A stretch of 64,000 nt of DNA from contig OZ374565.1 of assembly GCA_977862235.1 (NCBI GenBank), positions 248,001 through 312,000 on the forward strand, written 5' to 3'. This DNA is from Dudresnaya verticillata (taxonomy: Eukaryota). The notes under the pieces were generated by a model. The model did not search any database. It saw only the letters and a program-made list of their open reading frames with translations, and was not told the DNA's origin. The position numbers were made by a program, and so were the translations under genes. Positions 22,840 to 35,948 of the stretch are shown here, piece after piece; within the stretch, counting starts at the first letter, position 1, and each line of letters opens with the position of its first letter.

Positions 22840-24190
22840 AAGACGTTTGAAAAGACAAATAAGTTCGGGCTAGCAGCGTCCGACTGTCATGTCCAGTACA
22901 GTAAGGAGGTGTCTCTTGACACCGAACTCCACATAAGGCACGGTAAATCACTGATGATACGGAACCTAAAGTGGTATGCGTCAGTCCAGAAAATGAAAGA
23001 GCCGTTTTTGGGACGCCCGATTCAAGAAGCCCTGGGATTAGATGCTAAGAAGATGTTAAAGGCAACGTGCGATAGGTACCGAGGGATGGTAGATGCTAAT
23101 GATTTAGTAGAAAGCGAGGAGTACGTAGAAGGTTCGATAGCTAGGATCTTGTCATCGAGACTCTTCCACTCGGACAAGGCAGCGACGGAGGATGATTCCG
23201 CAGCAGAAGAAGGGCATTCGATTGATCTTGGAATCGATACGCCGGAGGAGCTAGATGCAGCATTTAATAGGATGCTCAGGCAAGCAGAAGAGAATGGGAT
23301 TAGTCAACCAGGATTGGAATATATGCGAAAATTGTTGGGCGAGTACTCTGACGTGTTCTGCGTAAGATTAGGCCTCGGGCTGCCAGCGGACGTGGAGCCA
23401 ATGCAAGTACACATCAAGGAAGGTTTGGTCCCATATATTGCGAAGGCACGGTGTTAGCCAACTGATCAACGTGCGTTCATGTCGAAGTTTATGAGCAGAC
23501 TGATCGACTATGGTATGGCAAAGCCCAACCCGAATGCTGAATGGGCTGCGCCTGCGCTACTGGTCCCGAAGAACCCCCGGCGAAATACAGACTCACTTTC
23601 GATCTGAGACGAGTTAATCAGTGTACGAAACCCACGACGTGGCCAATGCCACAAATACAGTCCGAGCTCATGGACTTCTCTGGGAGTGGATTCTTCGCGA
23701 GTATTGATTTCTGTAACGGATATTGGCAGATGCCGTTACACCAGGACAGCCAGGCCTATCACAGTTTCCTGACACCTACATGGGCATGTCAGCCGACGAG
23801 AACCCTTCAGGGCGCCCAGAACGCCGCCCAAAACTTCCAGTCAAGGGTGGAACCGTGTTTCAGAGAGTTGAAGGAATTGCTAAAGGCATTGCTCGACGAT
23901 TTTGCAGTACATAATCGGCCGGAGGCTGGTCTGATACAAACTCTAAGGTCATTCTTTGAAATATGCAGATAGAGAAACTTGAAGATCTCAGCAAGAAGAC
24001 GGTATTATTCGCTAGGACACTGCGTTGGTGCGGATACGTTGTCGACAAGGACGGGGTGGAATGCGACCCGCGTCGGCTCAGCGGCCTGAAGGACGGGCAC
24101 CCACCCGTCAATGCAGCAGAATTGTCTCAGTTTGTCAATTGTCTCCAATGCATGAGCGCGTACATCCCAGACTTTGCGCAAAGGATCTTG

Positions 24191-27043
24191 TGCACAGATC
24201 TCGCCACTACGTGATGTACTAGAACGGTCTCAACTCCTTCAGGAGTAGACTACGTTACGGTCTTCTTCGGCGACGAGGTCGTGCGGTGGCCCCACGCCTT
24301 GATGGCTTCTCCACCCGGGGATTCTCTGGGCACAAGGACCCTGGGGTCCTCGCGCCCCTCTCGATCTCGTCAACGCCTACTGGTGTAATCTCGTCAGGGG
24401 GTGGACTGTCCAGTCGCCCCTGTAACGGATATACACCGGATGGAGTTCCCCACTCGCACGACAACGGAATCCTTGATGGCCCCTCCGTCATGGGGTACAA
24501 CCTCGAGCGGGAGCGCATCGCGTGCCAGCTCGACATTTGCTCGTTGATTAACCACACCGGCTCGGGGTCTTCTTCTGACGGGAAATAGGCCATCTCACAT
24601 CCAGAGTTGAGCGGTGGCAACAACAGCAGGCCGTCTTCATCCCAATGGTAACCGGTAAACCCTGGGTTCTCTACCATTTGGTTTTCGCGTGGACCGTGAA
24701 TGAAGAGTCGCTCAACACGCGCCAAAGGGTATTCGGTCCCCTCGACCAGCCGGGCTACTCCAACTTGGTGTATAAGCGCAACCACCTTGCTGGGAAATTT
24801 GAAGATTCGCCCACACTCGCCACCCTCCGGGTCCGTCCTGTTCCGCGGGTATGCTCTCCAGTCGGTCATCTTCGAATTGGCTCTCATGCCCCGGTAGGTA
24901 ACCTGTAACCACGAGAAAAGGACGAATATTGCCCATTCCGCTCGGCGTATCCGCCCCAACACGGTCATCAGTGGATGGTCAGCTGACTTCTCCCCACCTG
25001 GGTGTGCAGCTTGCCAGTCGTGATGCTGTATAAACCGATTGGAGAAATAAGCCACCACCGTCGGAGTTGGCACTGACAACCAACGGGTGACTTAGTACTC
25101 AGCCCTCCAATCCGGAGCGGTGCAGTACAGTCGACGATGCGCGCTCCCGGCGCCACCTGGAAAAACTCGTTCGTGTTCCAAGTATGGAGTATCACCCTTC
25201 TGAGGTGGCGCACGTCTCTACCCCGCAACAGGATCCGGTGTTCTTTCGCTGCGTCATCCGCCCACCGTTGCAGATTCCCAAACCAGTGGAAGCCTTGGTA
25301 GTACGGCTTCTCGTAGCACAGGAAGACGACACGAACTGCAAGGTCTCGCAGTCGATGGGCCAGCGCCAGCAGCCGACACACCTTGTTGGGGTAGCCTTCC
25401 TGTTCCTGACACCTCAACCACAACGATGTCGCAACCGGTTGGAGTCCTCACTCTACAATTTGAGTGGATCCACCTAGCCCTCCACATCTCCTCACGCCGA
25501 TTCGGGAACCACTTGTTGTTGATTTACCCACTGGAGTCCGTTACGGCGCTATAGCGACGTCCCGGGAGGTTTTCACCATCGTTTGCCACGAGCACCGCTA
25601 CCGGCATGGGGAGGAGGACCATATCAGGCTCCTCTTCAGTACGCTGCCGCCGGCCGGTACGGTGATCATAGTCCCGACCCGGCAACGTTCTTTCATCGGT
25701 GTATCCCGTCGATTCCGCGTGCCCATGGTAGCTCCCTTGCGTTCCCGGCGTATATGGCAGCGAGCCCGACGGTCCGCCGCCTGCACCCATGTGGAGTGGG
25801 GGTGAGGCTACTGCACCTCCAACTTGCCCATACGGGGGACCCGGCGCGTACGTCTCGTATCGCCGATGCGGAGTTGCCCGACGATAGCCAAGGGACCCCA
25901 TCGCGGTGTTGCCTTTCGAGGGGCCAAGCCGTTGTGCCCCCAGCCCCACTTGTCGATCCGGAGGCGGAGTAGGCGTCGTTGGAGCCTCGCCACCATCACG
26001 CCGCCTCGGCACCCGCGGGCTTATCGCACGTGTCGGCAACGCCGGTGTTGCGCTCGTTGCAGCCACAAACTCCGGCATGGTGTCCGCGGGCTCGCCGCCT
26101 TCTCCTTCTTCTGCTTCCGGCCCAGGAGCCTCTCCCACTAAGGGTGTATGCCGTGTCGGATGGAAGGGGCGCCGTGCGCGGTCAGTGTTACTGCCCGCCA
26201 TCGCTAGCGGCACACCGGGTTGGACTCGAGCGTTTGTGGATTTGCCCGAGGTGGAGCGCACTGTTGGTGTTAGTTCCGCTGTTGGATACACCTGAGTGGA
26301 GATGCCAAAGACGTGCTGCGGCGCACGAGGACGTGGCGCCATTGAAGAAGGGGGGTCTGTGGTGAAGTGTCCGTTTCGGAGTGCGGACGACGGGCGAGCC
26401 GACGTGCGACCGTCGACAACCCGCGCTCTGCTAAGCGCGCGTCAAAAGCCGAAGCGGGAGTACAGCGACACAGTAGCACTGTATGCCCTGCTGGAGTCTG
26501 CGCTCACCACCAATCGGAGCCAAGTAGTTGATTTATTTGTAATTAGGTAATTGTAATGATGCTGTACAGTACGTAGTGTCAGCCAGCCAATAAGAATGCC
26601 GAGCATGTCCGAAACGTTGACCGGGACCAGTAGGACCGGACCCACCTGGTGGACCAGACCCATTGGGGTCTGGCCCACACGGACCGGACCGCGGGGCGTA
26701 TCTCCCAGTATAATAATGGGTGGCCACCGCGAGTCCTACAGTAAACGGGTACGCAACCCTGGGCAAAGTGACTCACCCTAAGCCTTACCCTCATACTCCT
26801 TTTCGGTTTCCCCTCGCCAGCCCGGTGCACGGATTCGTCTTACCTCCGTCCCGGCGTAGCTGTCCTGTCACTGTACCGTCCTCCTTGTCCGTTGCGTCCT
26901 GTTACTCCTTACAGGTGTTGCCGCTCTAGGTACTCCCTTCGGTCTACGAACTAAGCTCTACCTCCCCGGTGCCGTGTTAGATCACTCCTTCTTGGGATTG
27001 CCTGATCAAATCTCCTTAAAGGTGCGCCTTTCACTACAGCACA
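24191..27043 (+). mobile_element. Element F: 3' part of an LTR retroelement (antisense ORF, PPT, 3' LTR 26358..27043)
   Basis: PPT GAAGAAGGGGGG then TGTGGTGAAGTG..CACTACAGCACA. Left boundary approximate. Confidence 0.75.
24255..26342 (-). pseudogene. Antisense accessory ORF of element F (~690 codons; one stop and frameshifts), similar to that of element B
   Basis: ORFs 25524..26342, 25254..25487 (same frame after TAA), 24968..25423 and 24255..25079 tile the region. Shares DLA..FL.E..Y, TP.VVAY and I.R.EW...V with the B ORF. Confidence 0.65.
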
Positions 27044-27067
27044 TCAAGCGAAAACGTTTTGGGAGTG

Positions 27068-27710
27068 TGTAGTAGTATGGCCCGTCAAGGCAGAAACCCG
27101 CCAACCGGCAAGGACAGCTGTCCTGACGGTGCACAACACACTAGCTTGGGTAGCTCGGGAAAATGTTGGTAGAGACTTTGAAAGGCACAGAGCCTAAGGG
27201 AAAAGGGAAAAAATGGGCGGCGCCACCCAGCTCGCACAGAGCAACCGTCGTGTGGAGGCAAGGCTCGTAAAGCACCTGAAAGAGAGGTTACGGTGAGTCC
27301 GTGAATTCCAGAAAAAGGGTAAAGACCCAAAACCCACCGTGGGTTCTATTCAGGAGGCCCCTGCTACTCAGGAGCCTATTAAGTATACAGAGCCGAAAAT
27401 GCTCTTACCTCCTGTGAGCTATTCTAAGCTATTCTAACTGTCATTATTAATCTAATTGTACTGTTGTCAGTTATAAATACGGATTAGTGGTAGTACCGCG
27501 TCGGGACGTGTGAGCGGCCACAATAAATTACCCAATGGCAATTTGCCATCAAATTTGGTGCCAGCAGGGACGCCAGCGAGGAGCATCGCCCTTGCAGCAC
27601 ACGGTGCTTGTGCGCGCCTTACAGCTTGATGCGCGTGGCCGTCTTACACCTTAACGCGCACAAATGACTTACAGTGCGCCAGCACTTCTGCTGCGGCTCA
27701 TTCTTCCACA
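27068..27710 (-). mobile_element. Solo LTR (643 bp), family of 2676..3401
   Basis: TGTAGTAGTATGG..CATTCTTCCACA with near-TSD GAGTG/GAGGG. Shares GACAGCTGTCCT, CCCCTGCTACTCAGG and GAGCCGAAAA with 2676..3401. Confidence 0.78.
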
Positions 27711-28389
27711 GAGGGTTGTAGAACGGGGAATGCAGAATCCGTATTAAGACAGCATGCATATACAAACGGGCTGTGCTGCGGAGAAGGACGAGGCTACTCA
27801 ATACTGATACGGTAATTGATATTTTTTGACGGTAGATCCTCCATTTGTATGCTTTGCTGGGCCCTGCAACCCATTATATTACTTTTGGATAGCTTAAACA
27901 AACAACCGGGTAGACAACCCGAACACTCAATTTAGGAGTAGCTTAATCAGGTAGTGCCTGGCCCCATTCCTGGGTGAGACCTTCTATTTTACCCTTTTCC
28001 TAGTATATTGTACAACATTTAGCCTTTCGCTACAGTACTATAAAGCTGCAGTGAATCGGGGAGCTGAAAACTTCCCGGCACCAAGAATGTTATCAAGAAC
28101 ACCAACCTCAGAAGCTTCAGCAACCCGCCGTCGCAGCCGCTACCCCGGCACGATACGCCCCAGCCCTCGGTGTGTGTCTCGAGCTACCGAGTACACACCG
28201 TCGAATAGGCCGATTATTATTTTTACAAGGCCCACCGGTCCGCCCATCGGACCAACTCCAAGTCGATTCTACGACAGCCACGTCTTTATTAAAATCCAGA
28301 GGCAATAATTACATCTTTTGAATGGCTCCTGTCATCCCCATCAGTTCCTGACAACTCCTGTTGTGGCTGCGCCACTCCTAACACGCATC

Positions 28390-28686
28390 ATGAATTTTTA
28401 TGCGCGACCACTGTACATACACGTATACCATCAACAGGTGTGGCGTTTGTCTCGTCAGGTTCCGACGACGGATCAGTTCATGTGTGGGATTTGCGATCTC
28501 AAAGCCTATTGCTGGAGCGGAGGACGATTCACGCGCTGCCTTCAACCTGTGCCTTATGGAACCCGGTGTACCAAATGCTCACGACTTCACGCCAAAACGT
28601 TCTGTTTTGGTTGCCGGAAGGGCCGGACTCCTCTCCCGAGTACTAGGTTGCTATATGTCCGAGGTTCGTGGCATGTTGATTCGTAG
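28390..28686 (+). CDS. Possible small Cys-rich protein (three CxxC pairs)
   Basis: ATG at 28390 in ORF 28318..28686; CGIC, CTKC, CFGC. No family recognised. Confidence 0.25.
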   Translation: MNFYARPLYIHVYHQQVWRLSRQVPTTDQFMCGICDLKAYCWSGGRFTRCLQPVPYGTRCTKCSRLHAKTFCFGCRKGRTPLPSTRLLYVRGSWHVDS

Positions 28687-28931
28687 ACCTACTGCTGTAT
28701 CAAGTGTGTAGAAACTGTTGCCTCGAAAGCTTACTGCCAACTTCTCATTGTCGATCGAGAATCTGTCGAACAAAACTGGCCCTGTTTTTATAAAGGCGTC
28801 ATCGCCCCAAACTGTACAGATTAAGACGGTATGTCACGTTTCACCTCAACTACAACTTCTTCCTTGTTCTGGAAGCAGCTTCCCATCACATGGAAAGCTA
28901 CAGCATACGGTCATTCCTTCTGCGCTTCTTA

Positions 28932-31900
28932 CTAAGAACTAGGCTTCACACTCCAATGGACATAGTCGCGTGCCTGGTCCTTAACTAGAGCACGCTTCTC
29001 CTGGTCACCAAACTCTTTCTCAAAGTCCAACCACTTCTTGAAGACGAACTTCATCTTCTTCGAACTGAGTTCTAATGTCGTACATCTTTCGAACAGTTTC
29101 CTGGTTACTTCCACACTCTCAGTGTTTCCGCCTTCGAGGTCTCTTCTGCAGTAGCTTGTCTGCATTTCCAAGTAGATACTCCACAGATCTAACCTCTTTG
29201 GAAAGTTGCCGACCAGGGACTCAAAAACTGTTCTACCACGTTCAGATGAGCCAAACTTGTACTCAAACTGCGCGAACTTGCATATGACAGCGACATGTTT
29301 TCGCTTCTCAAGGCTTTTCAATGCTTTCTCTAGGCATTGTCGGGCTCCGGAGATATTCCCAGAACTGAAGCGGGCGTTTCCAAGTGATATCCACACCTTC
29401 TTTGAACCTCTGAATCGGCGACTGGCTCTCCGAAGGACTTCATCGGCCAGGCCAGTGCTCGAGGAACGTAGCACAGCTGCAGCCTGCATGTGAAAGCCCT
29501 TCATATCAGTGACACGCGCGCACCCGCGATCGAATACGCGAAACACGGCGGCGCCTCTCTTCGGACCAAACGCATCCGTAACGGTATCGCTTGTGGAATT
29601 TGATGCTCCAAACTGAGCTTCCAAGTTCAAATAAGCAATCCATACATTCATTTGTCAGTTTCTTTTTGGAGACTTATCGTCTCCAGCGCTCGTTCGGCGA
29701 TAGATCTCGCCTTGTTAACCTGAGATAGAGACCAACAAAAAGCCATGTATGGAATCCACAAAACCGATGAGTTCGGCTCTCCGACGAGTAGTCGTTCAAA
29801 ATCCTCTGCTGTCTCGGGGGAGTCTAGGTTATTCGCAAGAGCCTCCTCGCGCATATTTTCGCTGTCTCTGTCGCCTCCTGTCGTTTTTCTCCCTTTTGTC
29901 CCGGGACTTGCGTTTTGTTTGCTCTCCATGACCTTCGTTTTCACCCTCCAACTCTGGTTCCTCGTCTTTCTCTTCACGCTTTGTCGCCAGTTCGTCATCT
30001 TCGGCAAAGTTGAAGCCTTGTCGAACTCTAAGTGGGGCAATTTGAGATTTTCTTCGCCTTGAACAGTCGCTAGTTCGATGTCGCCACTCTCGACAGTACA
30101 GACATTAGCGCCGGAGCCCTCATCTGAGCCAGACGAACCCTCCAGTTCACTCTCTCTGTCATTGAATGGTTCGTCTCTGTCAGCATTGCTGTCTTCTCCA
30201 TCCAAGATTCTCGGAACCATGTCAACATCTTCAGCACTCCTTAAGGCTGCTTGACGAGAGTTTTGGTTACTCTCAATAAGGGCATTCATATGGTCTTCAT
30301 CAAGGCCAGCGGCTTCGAAGTAACATGTTTTGGTGCCAACCTTAACACCCTTTTCATCGACTTTGATGACAATTGCGTTAACCGTCTGTCCTACACACCA
30401 TTCCTCATTCGGGTTTTGAATGAAGCGATCCTGATCTACCTCAATTTTGTGCAACAACGCAGTAACTTTTTTGGATAGTTCAAGCACCGCGCCATAGTTT
30501 CCTATGTGCTTGACAGTCCCCGTCACCTTGGTTCCCTCCTGCAAGTCTTTGACAGCTGAATTCTCTTTCAATTTCTTCGTTGGGCGCTTTCGCAAGATGA
30601 GTGGAATACGTATCTCCCCGTTGTTACTCTTGGGTTTGCCGGCCCCCTTCAACAAGCATACCAACCAGAAATTATTCTTCCGGATCCTTGACATAGCCAT
30701 CCGCGAGGTCACAAAGCAAAACCTGAGCAGATGCATTTCTTCCGACCGCTACAAAGTACCCTTTCTTGCTCACAACTCTAACAAACCCACGCATTTTCGC
30801 TCCCTCTTTGATCAACGGCATGGTGGCCTTCGTGACGAGTAGATCTCCACCGGAATCCGTGTCACTGGGTCTCACGGAAAGGCATATTGCCCCATCGGCT
30901 GAATCGGAATTCGAATCGAGCCCAACCTTCCGAACCCGAACGACGTCACCTTTCTGAACTGTTTGCATCTTCTGAGCGACCTCACCGAAGTTTACCGCCA
31001 TGTCACACAGACCTACGGTTCCAAGGGCGATATTTTTCGCCGTAGCATCACGAGTGAACCACGGGATCTCCACTCGGAGCCCAACTCCTTGCATCACGGC
31101 TTGTACTATTCCGTGGAAGAACCCAGGGTCTTTGCCGTTCTCGGAGAGAGCGCCCCAAATCCGACCATTTTCTTTCTCCTCGACTTCGGTAACCATGCAC
31201 ACTACTTCAGATGCCACCTTTAAATCGATAGGGTCCCCTTGGACCCGGCAGCTTACATCCATACAGCATATCGATGCAGACGCGTTCACTGCCACCCGCG
31301 TATACGACTGGGTGCGGTCCTCAGACTTGCCAGAATTAGATTTGCGTAGGCGGGACGACAAGTGGGTTACGAACCCTACCACTTTGCTCCCTTTCGCAAT
31401 CGCGTGATGCCTCGCTCGTTCTTCTGAAAGGGAAAGTTCAACCACCACTGGGGTATTCTCTTCACCCTCGCACATGCGACGGCGAATCCCAGAAATGAAG
31501 GCATGTTCAACACGGCTTCCGTCCTTCGGTAGAACAAAACGAGTACTCAGATTGGCAGGGAGAACCCCAAGAGGCATCCCTAATGTTTCCTCCGGAGTGA
31601 CAAAAGAATGATTGGTCCTGTGCAGATGCCCTACAACACCGCGCGCAATCGCCACGAAGCTATGCAGCGGGAAAGTTCGATTTATCTTGCCTTTGATGTG
31701 TCTTCCTAGAACCTTCTGCTCCTCTACTAAAGATTGTCGAAGCAGTGTCAACGTATCGCCAGTTCTGTCATCGTTGTGTTGGGTTACCTTTTGAGAATGT
31801 CGTTGCTGACTCGCCCGAAAACATTTTCAGTCAATCATAACCAAGTTGCTTCGTATTTCTGCCTTAACCTTGTCGAGCACTGTGCAACGCACAGACGCGC

Positions 31901-34900
31901 CGAGAGTAATTGACAGCTTGACTGATACAGTGTAACGCCCTGCGCTATAAGCGCATCCTTCCGCTCTGCGAGAAAAGTAGAGAGCGTACTAGAACCTATC
32001 TGGTCTAGTTGTCTGTGAGCCGTTGGAGTAGCCCAGCACAGGGTGAAAGGTCGCAGGTTCGAGTCTCCGAGCGGGAGGCTCGAGCTCTTTTTCCTGACGC
32101 GACGCTGCGACTCCGAAACTCGCTACGACAGGCGGACTTAGGGCGAAAGCAATAGCGCTCCTAGTCTTCGATCTAGCGACAGCTAGGATCAAGTAGGCAC
32201 TCTTAACAAGCAGTATGGTTGCGCTGAATGGGCTTCCTGCATTCAAAATGGACTTTCCCGCCCCTGCAACCACCTCTTCCTGTCTGGAAAGGAGGTCGAT
32301 AACACCATAAAAGGGATCCACGTCCAAGACTCGGACGTTGTCTTCCTTTGATGCTTCACTGCGTTTGGTCTTCTCAGAAAATGCTGATTCTGTGCCGATG
32401 CAGGTAGCCAGAGGAAGAGCTTCATCTCTCATCGCTTCAGAGTCTGGCTGAGTGACATCAAGACATACACCGACTGCAGACTCACCAGCTGTCTGCAACT
32501 TGTAAATCACACCATAGCTGTGTTCTGCATGCACTCGCGCTTGCTCGATTCATCCAATTGCAAACCCCTTCAACACACCTGTCTTGCCAAGGAGGTCTTG
32601 CCATTTCTCCAGTGAGCTGAACAACGACAAAGTGTCTGCCTCAAGACCAGAAAACCCCACATTGGAGAGTCGAAGGGATAATGAAAAACGCTGTTTCTTC
32701 TCGTCGATATTGTCCACCACAGCTGCCACACTATTGTGAATCTGCAAAGCTCTAGAAGGGTCACTTAAAAAATGGTCGGCAATGCGAGAGATACGGGTGA
32801 AACCTAACGAATCCCCAAGGAACGCAACTATCGCCCCAGTACCCAACAGCGCCTTAAGGTAGCCACGCAAAACTGGCTTCTGCTGATCGGTTGTCGTCCT
32901 TTCAACAATGCGCTTCACATCATTACAAGATTTTGGCAATAACCCTTGTGCTGAAGCGGTCTTCAGGCTTGGTTTGAGGGTAAGAACAGGCCTGTCTTCC
33001 GAAACAGAAAGGACCATCAGGTCTGACAAAGTGATAGGAGAACCTCTTTCTCCTTTCTGGGCTTTGCCAAGAAGGCTTAGAACTTCCTTGACTAGTTGCG
33101 GGGCAATCCCGGGGACGTCTGCAATATGTCCAAACGGCAGGTAGCATTCCACACTGCCGTTAGAGCTTCCCGATTTTCCTTGCTCGGTGGCCTGGTCTTG
33201 AGGCCCACCCTTTGCGGCTGTGGTAACAGAATTAGATGGTACCTGTACCGACACTATGAAATGTTTCGCTTGCTCATCTGCAGAGGTGATGTGGCCACCT
33301 ACAACCTGACCCAGGCTAAGGGTCTTTTGTTGCAGAAGAGCCTGAAGCACCACGCAAATCCATAGAGATAGTGATGCGCCTTCGCGGAGAGTCAATCTTA
33401 GTTAGTTTGACAAACACTGTCTGTCCGACAGGGTATACTTCTTTGATATCTGCCAACTGCTCAGCTTGAGTCTTGTTCGTGTCAATGCAAAGCTCGCGAA
33501 TTGGTGAAAGACCTGCCATGTCTTCACAAAAGCAACAAGAACAGACCCGAAATCCAACACTTTGATAACAGATCCCGTGAAAATGCCTTTGGTCGATCAG
33601 GTTCAACCAAGTCATCTTCGGATGATCTCCTTTTGCTAACGACAAGTGACTTCTCGGCCTGCTCGAAGGGAGTAAGAAGTGGATACTTCGGGGAAAATAG
33701 GGACTTCTTCGCAGATAAATAGGTCTTTCCCCTTCCCACGTCGATACCAATGGCTCTGCAACGTATCGTTGCTCCTATCCGCAAATTCTCCAGCATGGCC
33801 ATTCGCTTCGGGGTCATCGGTACAATAGAAAGGTGTGCTGCTTGGGTAATACCAAGCAGGTGCGAGTCACCAGCCACAGCTACCGTAACGGCACCCATCG
33901 TGGTGTGACTCATCACCTTGCAATCATACAAAGCGCCGACCTCAATCTCCTCAATGGAAAGAGCTTTGCGTGCCAGAATACTTCGTCGGAGGACGATGTT
34001 AACAAGCCCATCGAATCGTGGCACCGAAATAACCCTCGCACCATCTTCAACGATCATGCCGGGGTGGTACCTTGATTCGAGTTTGACATCTTTCGAGTCT
34101 GAAACTCTGCTTATGTGAGCAAACACTGGTACAGTACGTGCATTCCAATATTATCCCCAGCGAATTTGGCAGTGTCTTCATCTTTAAGAGTTTCTTCTGC
34201 TCCTTCCGCACCGACATAGCTCATTATGAGGCCAGACCCGGGTTTCACTCTTTCGACTTTCAGCCGTTTCATGAAACTGCCTATCTTCCACGACTGCGGC
34301 ACTTCCCGAGGGCGTAGTTCGTCGACCAGCGAAGGTAGCAGTGAAGAGGCAATGCGCTTCTGCGAGGGGTCCACGTAGAAAATCCGCGCCGTTACCAGCT
34401 TGCCGACGTCAACATCCCATGTCCCATCCGCCCTTCGCGGAACATGGGACGCATCAACAGACAACTTGGACACCGAAAACGCAGTCAAGGCAACCCCCCA
34501 GGACCCTCCTTAACGACGCGTGCGGGAACTACCATACCGGCGGTGAGCTCACTGTACGTAAGCCCAGCGGTATCTTCAACGCACGCCTTGATAACCTTCT
34601 TCTTCAGTTCCGACACATTGACGACCACGGGCAACACTGGACCGTTCTTCCGTTTCTTCTTCCGAGATACATCCGCTTCCACAACAACTTCCACCGGACT
34701 ACCCATGCGCAATTCCCCCTCGCTCTCGTCGAACGGAAGAAAGGCCGTGTGCGGCACACCAGACCCGAACGTCAATACATAACCATGGTCCTCAACCGAG
34801 CGCACAACTGCGTACAGCGGGGACCCGCGGCGCGTGACGCGCTTTTCGGACAGGCCGGCATTAACGAGCCCCGGATTCATGGAAACAGTCAGGGCGCGCT

Positions 34901-35200
34901 TTCCATGGGCATTATGCTCGTTCGAAACAACAGCCACACGCACAGTCTCCCCCGTGCTGACCGCCTCGCATAGGGCGAAGTGGACTGCGCAGAGAATTCT
35001 GTTCGGGTGACTACTGCGAGGAGAGTGACACCGGGGGCAAGATGGGAGTGTCTCAGCGAGAGGCCGGTGCGGGTTACAGGGAGCGGCGGGTCTGCGTGGT
35101 CCGCGGACGGATTTCGTCGTGCGCGTCGGGCGCGTACGCTTGGACAGAGGTCGCCTTCGGACGAGGGCCTCGGTGCTGGCTTGTTGCGTGATGGCGCCAT
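28932..35200 (-). pseudogene. RRP5: rRNA biogenesis protein RRP5 (S1 repeats plus C-terminal HAT repeats), disrupted
   Basis: HAT motifs PNSSVLWIPYMAF, NVWIAYLNLE, FAQFEYKFGSSERGRTVFE, PKRLDLW, KKMKFVFKKWLDFE. S1 motifs VRSVEDHGYV, AHISRVSD, GTVKHIGNYGA. Broken into 9 or more ORFs, with a 197-bp insertion. Likely ATG at 35200. Confidence 0.92.
31931..32127 (+). mobile_element. 197-bp insertion (mini solo LTR / MITE / SINE-like) with tRNA-like A and B boxes
   Basis: Flanked by ACAG (31927..31930, 32128..32131); ends TGTAACG..CGCTACG. Removal restores RRP5 frame ALSPP-VSVKLSITLGASVRC. Contains TGGTCTAGTTG, GGTCGCAGGTTCGAGTC and TTTTT. Confidence 0.72.
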
Positions 35201-35948
35201 GTCGTCTCGGACGGGCGCGGGTTGAGGGCGTTGGGGGCGTCTGGGGGGTGAGCACACGGTTGGCAGTTGGGGGGGAGCAGGAGAGGATATGGTCGGATCA
35301 AAAAGCTGAAGGACGGCGAGACCCAAGCGAGAAGTGGGCAAACAACCCCAGTGGGGAAAAACCTTGAAAAATGTAGAACCGTCGTACCTGTCGGGAGTCG
35401 AACCCGGTTTCCGGAAATCAACGACAGCGCCGAAACCACTGTGCCACACGTCCGCCTCCGCGCGCGTATATGGGGCCGACGCGCCGGCGGTGGCGGAGAC
35501 GATGTGATATGATTGAAATTACAGAGAGACTTGGCTTACACGATCTTGCGTGTTTAGCGGTGACTGGTTTCATTGCCGGTCCAATGATGTCCGTGTGTGT
35601 CGACTGACAAGATACACGGCAGGTCGGTTGCCCTTCGCCCTTCTCATGATGTCAACAACTACGACTAAGCCTCAGCAACCTCTCGTTAGTTTCATGCAGT
35701 GCAGCAATTCAAACATGCAGTCCCTAACGTACACAGTGCGGTTCCAGAAAGCACATCATCGGAGCAGTAGTCCCACAATGAAAATGACTGGCACAACAAA
35801 GGAAATTTATTACGTGTAAAAGAGAAATGGTGAAGATAAATTCTTCACGCTTACTTCAAAAGGAGCCCTACAAAGCTCCGAGAGTTGGGCTTTCTTAGAC
35901 CCGTGCGAAAGGTGAAAACCCGCCGATTGTTCGATATCCATAACCTTG

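Larger units (their letters stand above)
20940..24190 (+). pseudogene. pol: Element C: gag end, protease and RT fragment of a Gypsy element related to A, hit by two solo LTRs
   Basis: After removing solo LTRs: TCADGVSDINLMPP (PR); LHIRHGKSLMIRNLKW (A has LRVRHGTNLMLRGMKW); YRLTFDLRRVN, WPMP, SIDFCNGYWQ, KALLDDF. Truncated near 24190. Confidence 0.88.

Noticed and set aside
21261..27070. GGGAGTGTG before two solo LTRs as a specific target site
   Set aside because: Registers differ (TSD GGGAG versus GAGTG) and the other TSDs share no consensus; probably coincidence.
31990..32095. Functional tRNA gene
   Set aside because: A/B-box-like motifs are present, but I could not form acceptor or anticodon stems, and it lies in a TSD-flanked insertion.
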